NCBI GenBank assembly: GCA_038121105.1
Contig: JAYONB010000003.1
Location: forward strand, 158,594 to 222,593
DNA length: 64,000 nucleotides
Direction of reading: 5' to 3'
Source: Alphaproteobacteria bacterium
GTDB taxonomy: Bacteria > Pseudomonadota > Alphaproteobacteria > SHVP01
Below are positions 9,888 through 22,430 of the stretch, piece after piece (position 1 is the first letter of the stretch; each line of letters starts with the position of its first letter). Under the pieces are notes generated by a model. It searched no databases and was not told the origin of the DNA. It saw only the letters and a list, made by a program, of their open reading frames with translations. The position numbers and the translations under genes are program-made.

Positions 9888-10411
9888 CGGCTGCCCGCCT
9901 GGTTCGCCTCGGCCTGCTGGTCATCGGGTTCGGCATCGCGTTTGGAATGGCGCCGCCGCTTGTGTCGACGGCGCATGCCAGCTGCGTGGACCCGGCGCGA
10001 CCAGGGGTGGTGTGGCGGCGCTGCGACTTTAGCGGCCGCAACCTAGTGGGCATCGACGTTAGTGGCGGCGCGCTGGCCGGGGCGCGGTTCATGCGCGGCA
10101 ACCTGGCCGATGCGACCTTTAGCGGGGCGACTCTGGATCGGGCGAAATTCGTCACCGCAAACCTACAGCGCGCGGATTTCAGCGGGGCCCGCGCGGTGGG
10201 CACCGACTTCACCAAGGCCGATCTGACCGATGCCTCGTTCGAGGGGGCAGATATCCGCCGGGCGCGGTTCTTCGACGCCATCCTTCGCGGCGCGAATTTT
10301 AGCGGTGCGCGCCTGCAAGGGGCCGATCTGTTGAACGCCGACTTTTCCGGCGCGACATGGACCGACGGCGAGACCGTTTGCGCACCGGAGTCGATCGGGC
10401 AATGCAAGTAA
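9884..10411 (+). CDS. Exported pentapeptide-repeat protein
   Basis: Signal peptide ending AHA-S, tandem A(D/N)FSG / A(R/D)Lxx pentapeptides, four Cys at the ends. ATGA overlap with the upstream gene. Confidence 0.88.
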   Translation: MTAARLVRLGLLVIGFGIAFGMAPPLVSTAHASCVDPARPGVVWRRCDFSGRNLVGIDVSGGALAGARFMRGNLADATFSGATLDRAKFVTANLQRADFSGARAVGTDFTKADLTDASFEGADIRRARFFDAILRGANFSGARLQGADLLNADFSGATWTDGETVCAPESIGQCK

Positions 10412-10444
10412 CGCCCAACGCCCAACCGGTGGACGCCTGAGCCC

Positions 10445-12232
10445 ATGACCTCGCGCGAGATCGCCGCACTGGTCCGCGCCCGGTGGCAGAAATTCAGGCA
10501 TAACGACCAAGTCAAACTGTCGATCCTGGCGCTGATTATCGGGGTCGGCGTCGGGTATGGCGCGCTGGGCTTTCGCTTGGGGATCGAGGCGATCCAGAGC
10601 CAGACCTTCGGCTTTGCGCTCCATGACGGATTTCATCTGGTGGCGCAGTTGCCCTGGTGGTTGGTGGTGGCGGTGCCCACGCTAGGCGGGCTGGCGATCG
10701 GCTTGTTCGTCTTCTACCTGATGCCCGAGCGCCGCGCGCACGGCGTGGCCGACGTCATCGAAGCCGGCGCGCGGCACGGGGGGCGCATCGATGCCGCCAC
10801 CACGATCAAGGCGGCGGCGCTGTCGCTGGGCTCGCTCGGCGTCGGCGCGTCGGTCGGTCGCGAGGGGCCGGTGATCCATCTCGGCGCGGGACTTGCCTCA
10901 TGGGCGGCGCAAAAGCTGCACCTGAACCCGTCATTGGCGCTGACCTTGCTGGGCTGCGGATTGGCCTCGGCGATCGGCGCCTCGTTCAACGCCCCCATCG
11001 CGGGCGTTTTCTTCGCGCTGGAGGTGGTGATTGGGCATTACGCGCTGCACACCTTTGCGCCGATCGTGATCTCGGCGGTCGCCGGGACGGTGATTTCGCG
11101 GATTCACCTAGGCGCGTTTCCGGCCTTTGTCGTGCCGACCTACGACATCGCGTCGTTCTTCGAGTTTCCGGCGTTCATCTTGCTGGGCTTGGTCTGTGCG
11201 GTGGCGGCCATCTTGTTCATCCGTTCGATGTTTCTGGCAGAGGATGTCATCAATAAGATCGGCTGGCCGATTTGGATCCGGCCGATGATCGGCGGCGCCA
11301 CGATCGGCGCGACGGCGATTTTCCTGCCGCATATTTTGGGTGTCGGCTACGCCGCGACGAACGCTGCGCTGCAAGCCACGCTGCCGCTGTGGCTGATGTT
11401 GGCACTGATCGTGGCGAAGACCGCGACCACGGCGGTCTCGCTGGGCAGCCGGTTCGGCGGCGGGGTGTTTTCGCCCTCGTTGTTCGTGGGCGCGATGGTC
11501 GGCGGCTCGTTCGGAATCATCGCCGGCAGTATTTTCCCCGACCTAGCCGCCTCGCCCGGGTTCTACGCCATGGTCGGGATGGGCGCGGTGGCGGCACCGG
11601 TGATCGGCGCCCCGGTCTCGACCATCCTGATCGTCTTCGAATTGACCGGCGAGTTTTCCGTGGTGATCGCCGCGATGGTGGCGATCACGCTGTCCACGAC
11701 TATTTCGCATGCCGTGGTCGGTCGATCGTTGTTCCACGGCATTCTGAAACGCCGCGGCATCTTGATTCGCGCGGGCCGTTTCGAACAGTTGTTGACCGCG
11801 ACCCATGTCGGCGACCTGATGACGGATCAATACGAGATCGTCGAGGAAACCGCCCGCGCCAGCGAGATTCGCCATACCATGGAAAACGCGCGGTACGGCG
11901 ATTTCTTCGTGGTCGACGCGGATGCGCGGTTGGTCGGCTCGCTCTCCTTTTCCTCGCTCCGAGGGGTGTCGCTCGACGCGGAACTCGATCAGTTGATCAA
12001 TGCGCGGGACATCGCCCGGCTCAACCCGCCGATGCTGTGCGCCGGAGACGATCTGGAGGGTGCGCTGAAGTTGATGGAGCACCACCACGAGGACAGTCTG
12101 CCGGTGGTCACCGACCGCGAAAGCCGTACGGTCGTGGGTATCCTGCACCACAAGACCGCGCTGATGGCCTACAACCAAGCCCTGTTGCGGGCGCGCGCCG
12201 AAGAACACAACGAAGAGTCCCACCGGCCTTAG
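10445..12232 (+). CDS. ClC (EriC) chloride channel/transporter with C-terminal CBS pair
   Basis: GREGP, FNAPIAG, GGVFSPSL motifs, multiple TM helices, soluble CBS-like C-terminus. Confidence 0.9.
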   Translation: MTSREIAALVRARWQKFRHNDQVKLSILALIIGVGVGYGALGFRLGIEAIQSQTFGFALHDGFHLVAQLPWWLVVAVPTLGGLAIGLFVFYLMPERRAHGVADVIEAGARHGGRIDAATTIKAAALSLGSLGVGASVGREGPVIHLGAGLASWAAQKLHLNPSLALTLLGCGLASAIGASFNAPIAGVFFALEVVIGHYALHTFAPIVISAVAGTVISRIHLGAFPAFVVPTYDIASFFEFPAFILLGLVCAVAAILFIRSMFLAEDVINKIGWPIWIRPMIGGATIGATAIFLPHILGVGYAATNAALQATLPLWLMLALIVAKTATTAVSLGSRFGGGVFSPSLFVGAMVGGSFGIIAGSIFPDLAASPGFYAMVGMGAVAAPVIGAPVSTILIVFELTGEFSVVIAAMVAITLSTTISHAVVGRSLFHGILKRRGILIRAGRFEQLLTATHVGDLMTDQYEIVEETARASEIRHTMENARYGDFFVVDADARLVGSLSFSSLRGVSLDAELDQLINARDIARLNPPMLCAGDDLEGALKLMEHHHEDSLPVVTDRESRTVVGILHHKTALMAYNQALLRARAEEHNEESHRP

Positions 12233-12281
12233 CGAGGTCTCTGGGAGGGCCAGAACGGCTGTGGTATGAATGGCCGGACCG

Positions 12282-14627
12282 ATGTCCGATCCCTTCGACC
12301 TTGACGATATTCCCTTCGACGACCCGGCGCCCGCGCCACAGCCGGGGGGAATTGCCGCGCGCGCCATGGCCGCCGCGGCCCCGGCAGAACCGCCCTATCT
12401 CAAGACCCTGAACGAGAGCCAAACCGAGGCCGTGGTGACGACCGACGGTCCGGTACTGGTACTGGCCGGTGCCGGGACCGGCAAGACCCGGGTTTTGGTG
12501 ACGCGGATCGCCCATATCTTGAACTTGGGGTTGGCGAAGCCGTGGGAAATTCTGTCGGTGACCTTTACCAATCGCGCGGCGCGCGAAATGAGCGAGCGCG
12601 TCGGCGGCCTGGTCGGCGGTGCGGTGGACGGGATTTGGCTTGGGACGTTCCATTCCATCGGCGTGCGCATCCTGCGCCAGCATGCCGAATTGGTCGGGCT
12701 CAAGAACAACTTCACGATCATCGACCGCGACGACCAATTGCGCGTTCTCAAGCAACTGTTGCAAGCCGAGAACATCGACGAGAAGCGGTGGCCGGCGCGG
12801 GTGCTGGGCGGGATCATCGATCGGTGGAAAGATCGCGGCTTGACCTGGCAACAGGTGCAGCACGAGGACGCCGGCGAGTTCGCGATGGGCAAGACGACGG
12901 CGCTCTACCGCGAGTATCAACAGCGCCTCCTGACCCAGAACGCCGCCGACTTCGGCGATTTGCTGTTGCACTGCCTAACCTTGTTCACCGAGCACAAGGA
13001 TATCCTCGACATCTATCACCAGCGGTTCCGCTACATCCTGGTGGACGAATACCAAGACACCAACGTGGCGCAGTACCTATGGCTGCGGCTGTTGGCGCAA
13101 GGCCAAAAGAACATCTGTTGCGTGGGCGACGACGATCAATCGATCTACGGGTGGCGCGGCGCCGAGGTGGGTAACATCTTGCGCTACGAAGAAGACTTTC
13201 CCGGTGCGAAGGTGATTCGACTGGAGCGCAACTATCGCTCGACGCCGCACATCCTGGCGGCAGCGTCGGCGCTGATCGCGCATAACGAGGGACGCCTGGG
13301 CAAAACGCTGTGGACCGATGCCACCGAGGGCGAAAAGGTCAGGGTGCGCGGGTTTTGGGACGGCGAAGAAGAAGCGCGGTCGATCGCCGAGGACGTCGAG
13401 GACTTGCAGCGCCACGGCCATAAGTTGGACGAGATCGCGATTTTGGTGCGCGCGGGGTATCAGACACGCGAGTTCGAAGATCGTTTTCTGACCATCGGTG
13501 TGCCCTATCGGGTGATCGGCGGGCCACGGTTCTACGAACGGCGCGAGATCCGCGACGCCATCGCTTATTTGCGGGTGATCAGCCAGCCCGAGGACGGGAT
13601 CGCCTTCGAGCGCATCGTCAACGTGCCCAAGCGCGGGCTCGGCGAGGTGACCATACAGGCGATGCATAAGGTGGCGCGTGCCGGCCAACTGGCCTTGCTC
13701 CAAGCGGCGCAATCGTTGATCGGTACCGACGACCTGCGGGCCCAGGCGCGCACCTCGCTGGGCAACCTGTTGGAAAGCTTCGCGCGCTGGCGGGCCATGA
13801 GGGACCAACTGCCGTTACCCGAACTGGTCGAGACGGTGCTGGACGAGTCCGGGTATACCGAAATGTGGCAGCGCGACAAGTCGATCGACGCGCCGGGCCG
13901 GCTGGATAACCTGCGCGAACTGGTGCATTCGGTCGAGGAGTACGAATCGCTGACCGATTTTCTCGATCACGTCAGCCTGGTGATGGATCACGACAACGCA
14001 CCCGACGAAGACATGGTCAATATCATGACCCTCCATGCCGCAAAGGGATTGGAATTCGATACGGTCTTTCTGCCGGGCTGGGAAGAAGGTTTGTTTCCCA
14101 ACCAACGCTCGCTCGACGAAGGCGGCACCTCGGCGCTGGAAGAGGAACGACGCCTGGCTCATGTCGGGATGACGCGGGCCCGTAAGATGCTGCGTATTTC
14201 CTTTGCCCAGAGCCGACGTACCTTTGCCGAATGGCAAAGCGCCATCCCCTCGCGTTTCATCGACGAACTGCCGGTGGATAACGTCGAGGTCGCGGCCGAG
14301 GCGTCGGTTTGGGGACAGGCCTATGGCCAGGACGACGACGAAACCCACGGAGAACCGGTTGAAAAGCCATGGGACAGCCCCGGCCGGCGCCGCATGCGTC
14401 GCCGCAGCAATCGCGGCGTCACGCGCGACGGGCAATTGATCGAGGCGCGCGCCGAGTTGGTCGATTTCGACGAACGACCCTCGGCCTCGTTCTCGGAGGG
14501 CGACCGGATCTTCCATCAAAAGTTCGGCTATGGCCGGATCGAATCGATCGACGGCAATCGGCTGGAAATCGAGTTCGACAAGGCGGGTACCAAGAAGGTA
14601 ATCGACTCCTTCGTGCGACCCGCATGA
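12282..14627 (+). CDS. uvrD: ATP-dependent DNA helicase UvrD/PcrA
   Basis: Walker A AGAGTGKT, VDEYQD, GDDDQSIYGWRGA, NYRST, TLHAAKGLEF, EERRL. Start could be 12270. Confidence 0.95.
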   Translation: MSDPFDLDDIPFDDPAPAPQPGGIAARAMAAAAPAEPPYLKTLNESQTEAVVTTDGPVLVLAGAGTGKTRVLVTRIAHILNLGLAKPWEILSVTFTNRAAREMSERVGGLVGGAVDGIWLGTFHSIGVRILRQHAELVGLKNNFTIIDRDDQLRVLKQLLQAENIDEKRWPARVLGGIIDRWKDRGLTWQQVQHEDAGEFAMGKTTALYREYQQRLLTQNAADFGDLLLHCLTLFTEHKDILDIYHQRFRYILVDEYQDTNVAQYLWLRLLAQGQKNICCVGDDDQSIYGWRGAEVGNILRYEEDFPGAKVIRLERNYRSTPHILAAASALIAHNEGRLGKTLWTDATEGEKVRVRGFWDGEEEARSIAEDVEDLQRHGHKLDEIAILVRAGYQTREFEDRFLTIGVPYRVIGGPRFYERREIRDAIAYLRVISQPEDGIAFERIVNVPKRGLGEVTIQAMHKVARAGQLALLQAAQSLIGTDDLRAQARTSLGNLLESFARWRAMRDQLPLPELVETVLDESGYTEMWQRDKSIDAPGRLDNLRELVHSVEEYESLTDFLDHVSLVMDHDNAPDEDMVNIMTLHAAKGLEFDTVFLPGWEEGLFPNQRSLDEGGTSALEEERRLAHVGMTRARKMLRISFAQSRRTFAEWQSAIPSRFIDELPVDNVEVAAEASVWGQAYGQDDDETHGEPVEKPWDSPGRRRMRRRSNRGVTRDGQLIEARAELVDFDERPSASFSEGDRIFHQKFGYGRIESIDGNRLEIEFDKAGTKKVIDSFVRPA

Positions 14628-14648
14628 TCTCCTGTCCGTTTTAGCCTG

Positions 14649-15521
14649 ATGTCCACCTGGGAAACGTCGGTGCCGACCGAGGCGGCACGCTGCGCCGCCG
14701 TAGAGGCGGTGCTGGAGGAGATCTTCGGCGACATGCTGCTCGCGCTGAGCCGGTTCGAAGACGGCAAGGCCTGGCGGCTAACCGCCCTTACCGCCAGCGA
14801 GCCCGACGACGACCTGCTGGACCGCCTGCGCCTGACGCTGCAAAGCGACGAAACGGTGGTCGGGCCGGCCAAGGTGCCGGAGATCGATTGGGTCGAAAAA
14901 TTGCAACGCGATATGCCGCCGATCACGGCCGGGCGGTTTTGGGTGCGCGGCAGTCACGTCGAGACGACCGCCCCGCCGGCCACCATCCCGATCCTCGTCG
15001 ATGCCGCGCTGGCGTTCGGCACGGGCCATCACGAATCGACCGAAGGATGTCTATTGATGTTGGACCGTCTGGGCCGGCACCTGCGCCCCCGCCGCACATT
15101 GGATATCGGGACCGGGACCGGCATTCTTGCGGTCGCTGCGGCGAAGGTGTGGCGCAAACCGGTGCTCGCGACCGATATCGACGCCGACGCCGTGCGGGTG
15201 GCTCGGCACGTGGTAGAGGCCAATCAAGTATCGACTTGGGTGCGCTGCGCCCGGGCGCGCGGGACCGAGGGCCGGGCCACCGCGGCCGCCGGACCGTTCG
15301 ATCTCATCATCGCCAATATTCTGGCGAGACCCCTGGCCGCCCTTGCGCCGGATGTCGCGCGACACGCGGCACCGGGGGCGTGGATCATACTGTCGGGCAT
15401 TTTGACCACGCAGGCAGCGCAGGTTGCGGCGGCCTATCGCGCCGCCGGCCTTTACCGGACCGACGCCATCATCTTGGGCGACTGGATCACCCTCGCCTTT
15501 CGCCGCACGACGCGCCCTTAG
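14649..15521 (+). CDS. prmA: 50S ribosomal protein L11 methyltransferase
   Basis: AFGTGHHEST, LDIGTGTGIL, ANILA, LSGIL. Confidence 0.9.
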   Translation: MSTWETSVPTEAARCAAVEAVLEEIFGDMLLALSRFEDGKAWRLTALTASEPDDDLLDRLRLTLQSDETVVGPAKVPEIDWVEKLQRDMPPITAGRFWVRGSHVETTAPPATIPILVDAALAFGTGHHESTEGCLLMLDRLGRHLRPRRTLDIGTGTGILAVAAAKVWRKPVLATDIDADAVRVARHVVEANQVSTWVRCARARGTEGRATAAAGPFDLIIANILARPLAALAPDVARHAAPGAWIILSGILTTQAAQVAAAYRAAGLYRTDAIILGDWITLAFRRTTRP

Positions 15522-15754
15522 TGGCGCGAGCAGGCCGCCATGCCGGGAAAGCCGTCGTCGCTCGGCGCCGCCGTGAAGATGCTCCGACGTACGCCGATGT
15601 CATCCAACGTGTGTGCGTCGATTGCGGAGAACGCGAGAAAGCGACGGAAACGCCGTCGGCTGCCCCGCAACAGGCGTAACGGTGCGCCCGGCAAACGCGC
15701 AACATCTGCCAGCCAATTTTTTTGGTTAGCGGCAGCGGCTTGATCGCGTGTCAT
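15518..15754 (-). CDS. Small Arg-rich DUF1127-type protein (78 aa)
   Basis: RRRFRRFLAFSAIDAHTLDDIGVRR matches the DUF1127 LxDxxLxDIG motif. ATG at 15754 preceded by AAGGGA. Confidence 0.65.
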   Translation of the reverse strand: MTRDQAAAANQKNWLADVARLPGAPLRLLRGSRRRFRRFLAFSAIDAHTLDDIGVRRSIFTAAPSDDGFPGMAACSRH

Positions 15755-15872
15755 GGTGGTTGTTCCCTTGATGAATCGTTCGACTGCTCTTGGACTCAAT
15801 GTTGGGACGTTCGTGACGGGTTCAATGCGTGGCGCAACCCATCGCACAGATGTGAGCGATCGGTTTCGAATC

Positions 15873-15901
15873 AAAACCGCCGACCCAAGGGCCGGCGGTT
15901 T
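15873..15901 (-). terminator. Intrinsic terminator after the 15926-16210 gene
   Basis: Minus strand AAACCGCCGGCCCTTGGGTCGGCGGTTTT forms a GC stem with a T-run, about 25 nt after the stop. Confidence 0.7.
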
Positions 15902-15925
15902 CATCACGTTCCGGTTGACGCAGGG

Positions 15926-16210
15926 TTATGCGACGTTACGGGGGCGGTTTTCGTTGGCCGGCACCCCGACGTTGCCGACAAAGCGGTCAAGCCCGACATC
16001 GACCAGGGTGTGCCGGTCGAGCGTGTTGATGGCTTGCAGCGCCTCGCGGCGGGCCTGGGCGGCCCGAACGGCGGCGACAGCGGCAGCGATCCGCCGGCCG
16101 GCGGCCTGGATCAGGGAAACAAGGTATTGGGTACGCAGCGCCCGCGCCGTTGCGACGATTTGCTCGGCGGTCTCCCCACTGGGGTTGCGTTGGGCGGTAC
16201 TGATGGTCAC
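15926..16210 (-). CDS. Small DUF1127-type protein (94 aa)
   Basis: INTLDRHTLVDVGL DUF1127 motif and C-terminal PANEN. GTG start with GGAG SD, followed by a terminator. Confidence 0.75.
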   Translation of the reverse strand: MTISTAQRNPSGETAEQIVATARALRTQYLVSLIQAAGRRIAAAVAAVRAAQARREALQAINTLDRHTLVDVGLDRFVGNVGVPANENRPRNVA

Positions 16211-16322
16211 TTTCGTTACTCCAAACTAAACAGGTTGATTGTTGACAAGCTATGTTTCGATGCGGGAGCGGAATTTCAATGCTTTTGCAGGTATTTAGAA
16301 GCGCTGATGTTGCAATGCTGCG

Positions 16323-16337
16323 ATGCAGAAAGCGCAT
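16323..16337. promoter_or_regulatory. Candidate LysR-type operator (ATGC-N7-GCAT)
   Basis: ATGCAGAAAGCGCAT is a dyad containing T-N11-A, in the AT-richer divergent region upstream of the DUF1127 gene. Confidence 0.4.
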
Positions 16338-16370
16338 GGCCAACGATCCGCACGTAGGCATAATGGCGCG

Positions 16371-18166
16371 ATGAGCGATCTTCATGCGGCGCGGTTGGCG
16401 GCTTTGCGCGCCGAGTTGACCCGACAAAAACTGGACGGCTTCCTGGTGCCCCTGCAGGACGAGCACCAGGGAGAGTGGATTCCCCCCCATGCCCAACGCT
16501 TGGCTTGGCTGACGGGGTTCACCGGCTCGGCCGGCGTCGCGATCGTGCTTTCCGACCAGGCGGCGATATTCGTCGACGGGCGTTACACCTTGCAGGTCCG
16601 CCAGCAGGTCGATGTCGCGGCCTTCGTCCCGCACCATTTGATGGACGATCCGCCCACGGCGTGGATCGCCGCGCACCTCGGCAAGCGACGACTGGGCTAC
16701 GATCCGTGGTTGCACACCCCCACCGACGTCGAACGCTTCGACAAGGCATGTACCGAGGCAGGCGCCACATTGGTCGCCTGCGAAGCCAATCCGCTGGACG
16801 CGGTGTGGCCCGACCGCCCGGCCCCACCCAGCCAGCCGGCGAGGGCTTACGATACGCGCTATGCTGGCGAGACCTCCGCCTCGAAACGCGAGCGGGTCGC
16901 GCGCGCCTTGAGCGACACCAAGGTTGACGCCGCGGTCATCACCGCACCGGACTCGATCGCGTGGCTGCTCAACATTCGCGGCGCCGATTTGGAATACACC
17001 CCGGTGACCTTGTCGTTTGCCATGATCCATGCCGACGGGCGGGTCGACTGGTTTGTCGATCTCGACAAGGTCGATGACGACCTAAGGGCCCACTTGGGCA
17101 ACGAGGTGATCGTGATGCCGCCGGGCGAGCTGGGCCCTGCCCTATCGTTCTTGGGGGCCCATCATCGGCGAGTTCAAATCGATCCGTCGAGCACGGCAAG
17201 CTGGATCGACACGACGTTGCGCACCGCCGGCGCCGAGGTGTCGCGCGCACCCGATCCCTGCGCGCTGCCCAAGGCGTGCAAAAACGAGGTCGAGATTGCC
17301 GGGATGCGCGCGGCCCACGTGCGCGACGGGGCCGCATTGACCCGCTTCCTGGCGTGGCTGCCGGGTGCCGTCGCCCAGGGCGGGGTGACCGAGGTGACCG
17401 CCGCCGACCGCCTGGAGGCGTTTCGCCGCGAAGACGCGTTGCTGACCGGATTGAGCTTTCCGACCATTGCCGGCGCCGGGGCGAACGGCGCGATCGTGCA
17501 TTACCGGGCGATGCCGGAGACGGCGGCCACGCTTGCCGAGGGCATGTTGTTCTTGGTCGATTCCGGGGCGCAGTACACAGACGGCACCACCGACGTGACC
17601 CGCACCATTGCGTTGGGCACCCCGAGCGACGAACAGCGCGACCGGTTCACCCGAGTCTTGAAGGGACACATTGCGTTGGCGACTGCAACGTTCGTCGAGG
17701 GCACCAGCGGGAGCCAGATCGACATTCTGGCGCGTGCGCCGCTGTGGGCGGCGGGATTGGATTTCGACCACGGCACCGGCCATGGGGTCGGGGCGTACTT
17801 GAACGTGCACGAAGGGCCTCACCGGATCTCCAAAATGCCGAACCGCGAAGCGTTGCGGCCGGGCATGATCGTCTCCAACGAACCGGGCTACTACAAGGAA
17901 GACGGCTACGGGATTCGCATCGAAAACCTGGTGGCGGTCCGCGAGGCGGTGGCGATCGAGGGCCAGGAGCGCACGCGGCTGGAATTCGAAACCCTGACCT
18001 TGGCGCCGATCGACCGCGCGCTGATCGAGCCGTCGATCATGAACGTCGATGAGTTGGCCTGGCTCAACGCCTACCATGCACGCGTGCGCGAGACGCTGTC
18101 GCCGCGGGTCGACGACGCCACGGCGTTGTGGTTGAAGGAGGCGACCGCCCCCATCGGTGCATCGCA

Positions 18167-18170
<4 letters not shown>
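16371..18170 (+). CDS. Xaa-Pro aminopeptidase (aminopeptidase P, M24B)
   Basis: LTGFTGSAG, DGRYTLQ, DSGAQYTDGTTDVTRT, HGTGHGVG, SNEPGYY, GIRIEN. Confidence 0.93.
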
Positions 18171-20745
<2,575 letters not shown>

Positions 20746-22425
20746 TTAGCGGCCGGCTTGTTCGATCAGCCGCGCCGCCTGGGCGCGCGCCTCTTCGGTG
20801 ACTTCTTCGCCCGACAGCATGCGTGCGATTTCTTCGCGGCGTCGCTCGGGCTCCAATTCTTCAACCGCCACCGTGGTCATCTTGGCGCCGTTCCCCCCCG
20901 CCCCCTTGGCGATGCGCCAATGCACCTGGCCGCGCGCCGCGACCTGGGGCGAATGGGTGACCACCAGGACTTGGTGGTCCTCGGCCAGCGCCAACAATCG
21001 ATCGCCGACGGCCGCCGCGGTGGCGCCGCCGATGCCCGAATCCGCCTCGTCGAATACCAGGGTGGAAATGCTGTCCTGCCCGGCGAGCACGACTTGCAGC
21101 GCCAGCATGAACCGGCTGAGCTCGCCGCCGGAGGCGATTCGCGCCAGCGGCGCAAACGGCTGGCCCTTATTGGTGACGGCTTCGAAGGCAATGTCGTCCT
21201 TGCCGTCCTGGGACCAATCTCCCGTCGGCTTTTCGCGCAGGACGACCTTGAACTCTGCGCCATCGAGCTTGAGCGGCGCGAGCTCCTTGGCGATAGCTTT
21301 TTCCAGGGCGGCTCCGGCTTTGGCACGCTTTTTCGATACCGCATCGGCCTCGGCCTCGAAGGCCTGGCGCGCCTCGGCGGCGGCCTGGCGGAACTGATCG
21401 ATGCGGGCATCGCCTTGCTGGATCGACTGCAATTGGGTTTCGAAGTCGTCGCGCAAGCCGGCCAGCGCGCCGATTTCGCAGCCATGCTTGCGCGCTACCG
21501 CGCGCAGGGCGAAGAGTCGATCTTCGAGGGTTTCCAGGGTACCGCCCTCGAGATCGAGGGTCGTCGCGGCTTGGTCGAGCGCTTCGACGGCTTCGTCGAC
21601 CTCGATCGCCGCGCGCTGCAAGGCGTCGACGGCGCGGTCGAGCGCCCCAGCGGCATCCTTGGAGACCCGTTCGAGAATGCGCTGGGCGACGCGCAGCCGA
21701 TCCGACACGCTCGATTCGTCGGCCAATTCGGCTTGGGCGGCGGTCAGCGCTTCGGCCAATTTCTCGGCATGTTTGAGGACGGTGCGGCGATCGTTGAGTT
21801 CGTCTTCTTCTCCGGCCCGCGGCGCCAGGGCGTTGAGTTCGTCGAGCGCATGGCGGAGGAACTCCTCCTCGGCGCGGGCTTTGGCAAGTCCGGCCTCGGT
21901 GTCGGCCAACAGGTCGGCCGCCGATTGCCAGGTCGCGTAGCGCTTGGCGATTTTGTCGAGCGGGCTTTGTAGCCCGCCATAAAGATCGAGGAGACGGCGG
22001 TGGTTTGCCGCCGACAGGAGCGCATGGCTTTCGCTTTGCACCTGTATTTCGACCAGCGATTCGCCCACCTCGCGGAGGAAACCGACGCTAACGGGCTCGT
22101 CGTTGACGAAAGCGCGGCTGCGCCCATCCGCCGACAACGTGCGGCGAAGGACGACCGTATCCTCGATCTCGATCCCGCGATCGGCGGCCAACGCGCGCAC
22201 GGGCGCCTCGGCTTCGATCTCGAATACGGCGCTTACCGTCGCTTGGGGTTTGTCGGCTCGAACCAGGCCGGAATCGGCCCGCGCGCCCAAGGCAAGCCCA
22301 AGGGCATCCAGCAAGATCGATTTGCCGGCGCCGGTTTCGCCTGTAAGAACATTGAGCCCGGAGTGAAACCCGATGGTCAGACGTTCGACGATCACGACAT
22401 CCTTGATGGACAGCGTGAGCAACAT
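20746..22425 (-). CDS. recN: DNA repair protein RecN
   Basis: MLLTLSIKD start, GETGAGKS, coiled coil, ASGGELSR, FDEAD, VTHSPQVAA. Confidence 0.95.
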   Translation of the reverse strand: MLLTLSIKDVVIVERLTIGFHSGLNVLTGETGAGKSILLDALGLALGARADSGLVRADKPQATVSAVFEIEAEAPVRALAADRGIEIEDTVVLRRTLSADGRSRAFVNDEPVSVGFLREVGESLVEIQVQSESHALLSAANHRRLLDLYGGLQSPLDKIAKRYATWQSAADLLADTEAGLAKARAEEEFLRHALDELNALAPRAGEEDELNDRRTVLKHAEKLAEALTAAQAELADESSVSDRLRVAQRILERVSKDAAGALDRAVDALQRAAIEVDEAVEALDQAATTLDLEGGTLETLEDRLFALRAVARKHGCEIGALAGLRDDFETQLQSIQQGDARIDQFRQAAAEARQAFEAEADAVSKKRAKAGAALEKAIAKELAPLKLDGAEFKVVLREKPTGDWSQDGKDDIAFEAVTNKGQPFAPLARIASGGELSRFMLALQVVLAGQDSISTLVFDEADSGIGGATAAAVGDRLLALAEDHQVLVVTHSPQVAARGQVHWRIAKGAGGNGAKMTTVAVEELEPERRREEIARMLSGEEVTEEARAQAARLIEQAGR

Positions 22426-22430
22426 GGACG

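Noticed and set aside
10020-10360. Recurring TTTAGCGG/TTCAGCGG words as a CRISPR or DNA repeat array
   Set aside because: They encode the FSG pentapeptide repeats; there is no constant repeat-spacer structure and no cas gene.
12253-12267. GAAC-N7-GTAT upstream of uvrD as a LexA box
   Set aside because: Second half-site is degenerate. Context is plausible but a single weak match is not enough.
15755-15925. Cuckoo-type sRNA repeats next to the DUF1127 genes
   Set aside because: No CCTCCTCCC loop motifs seen on either strand.
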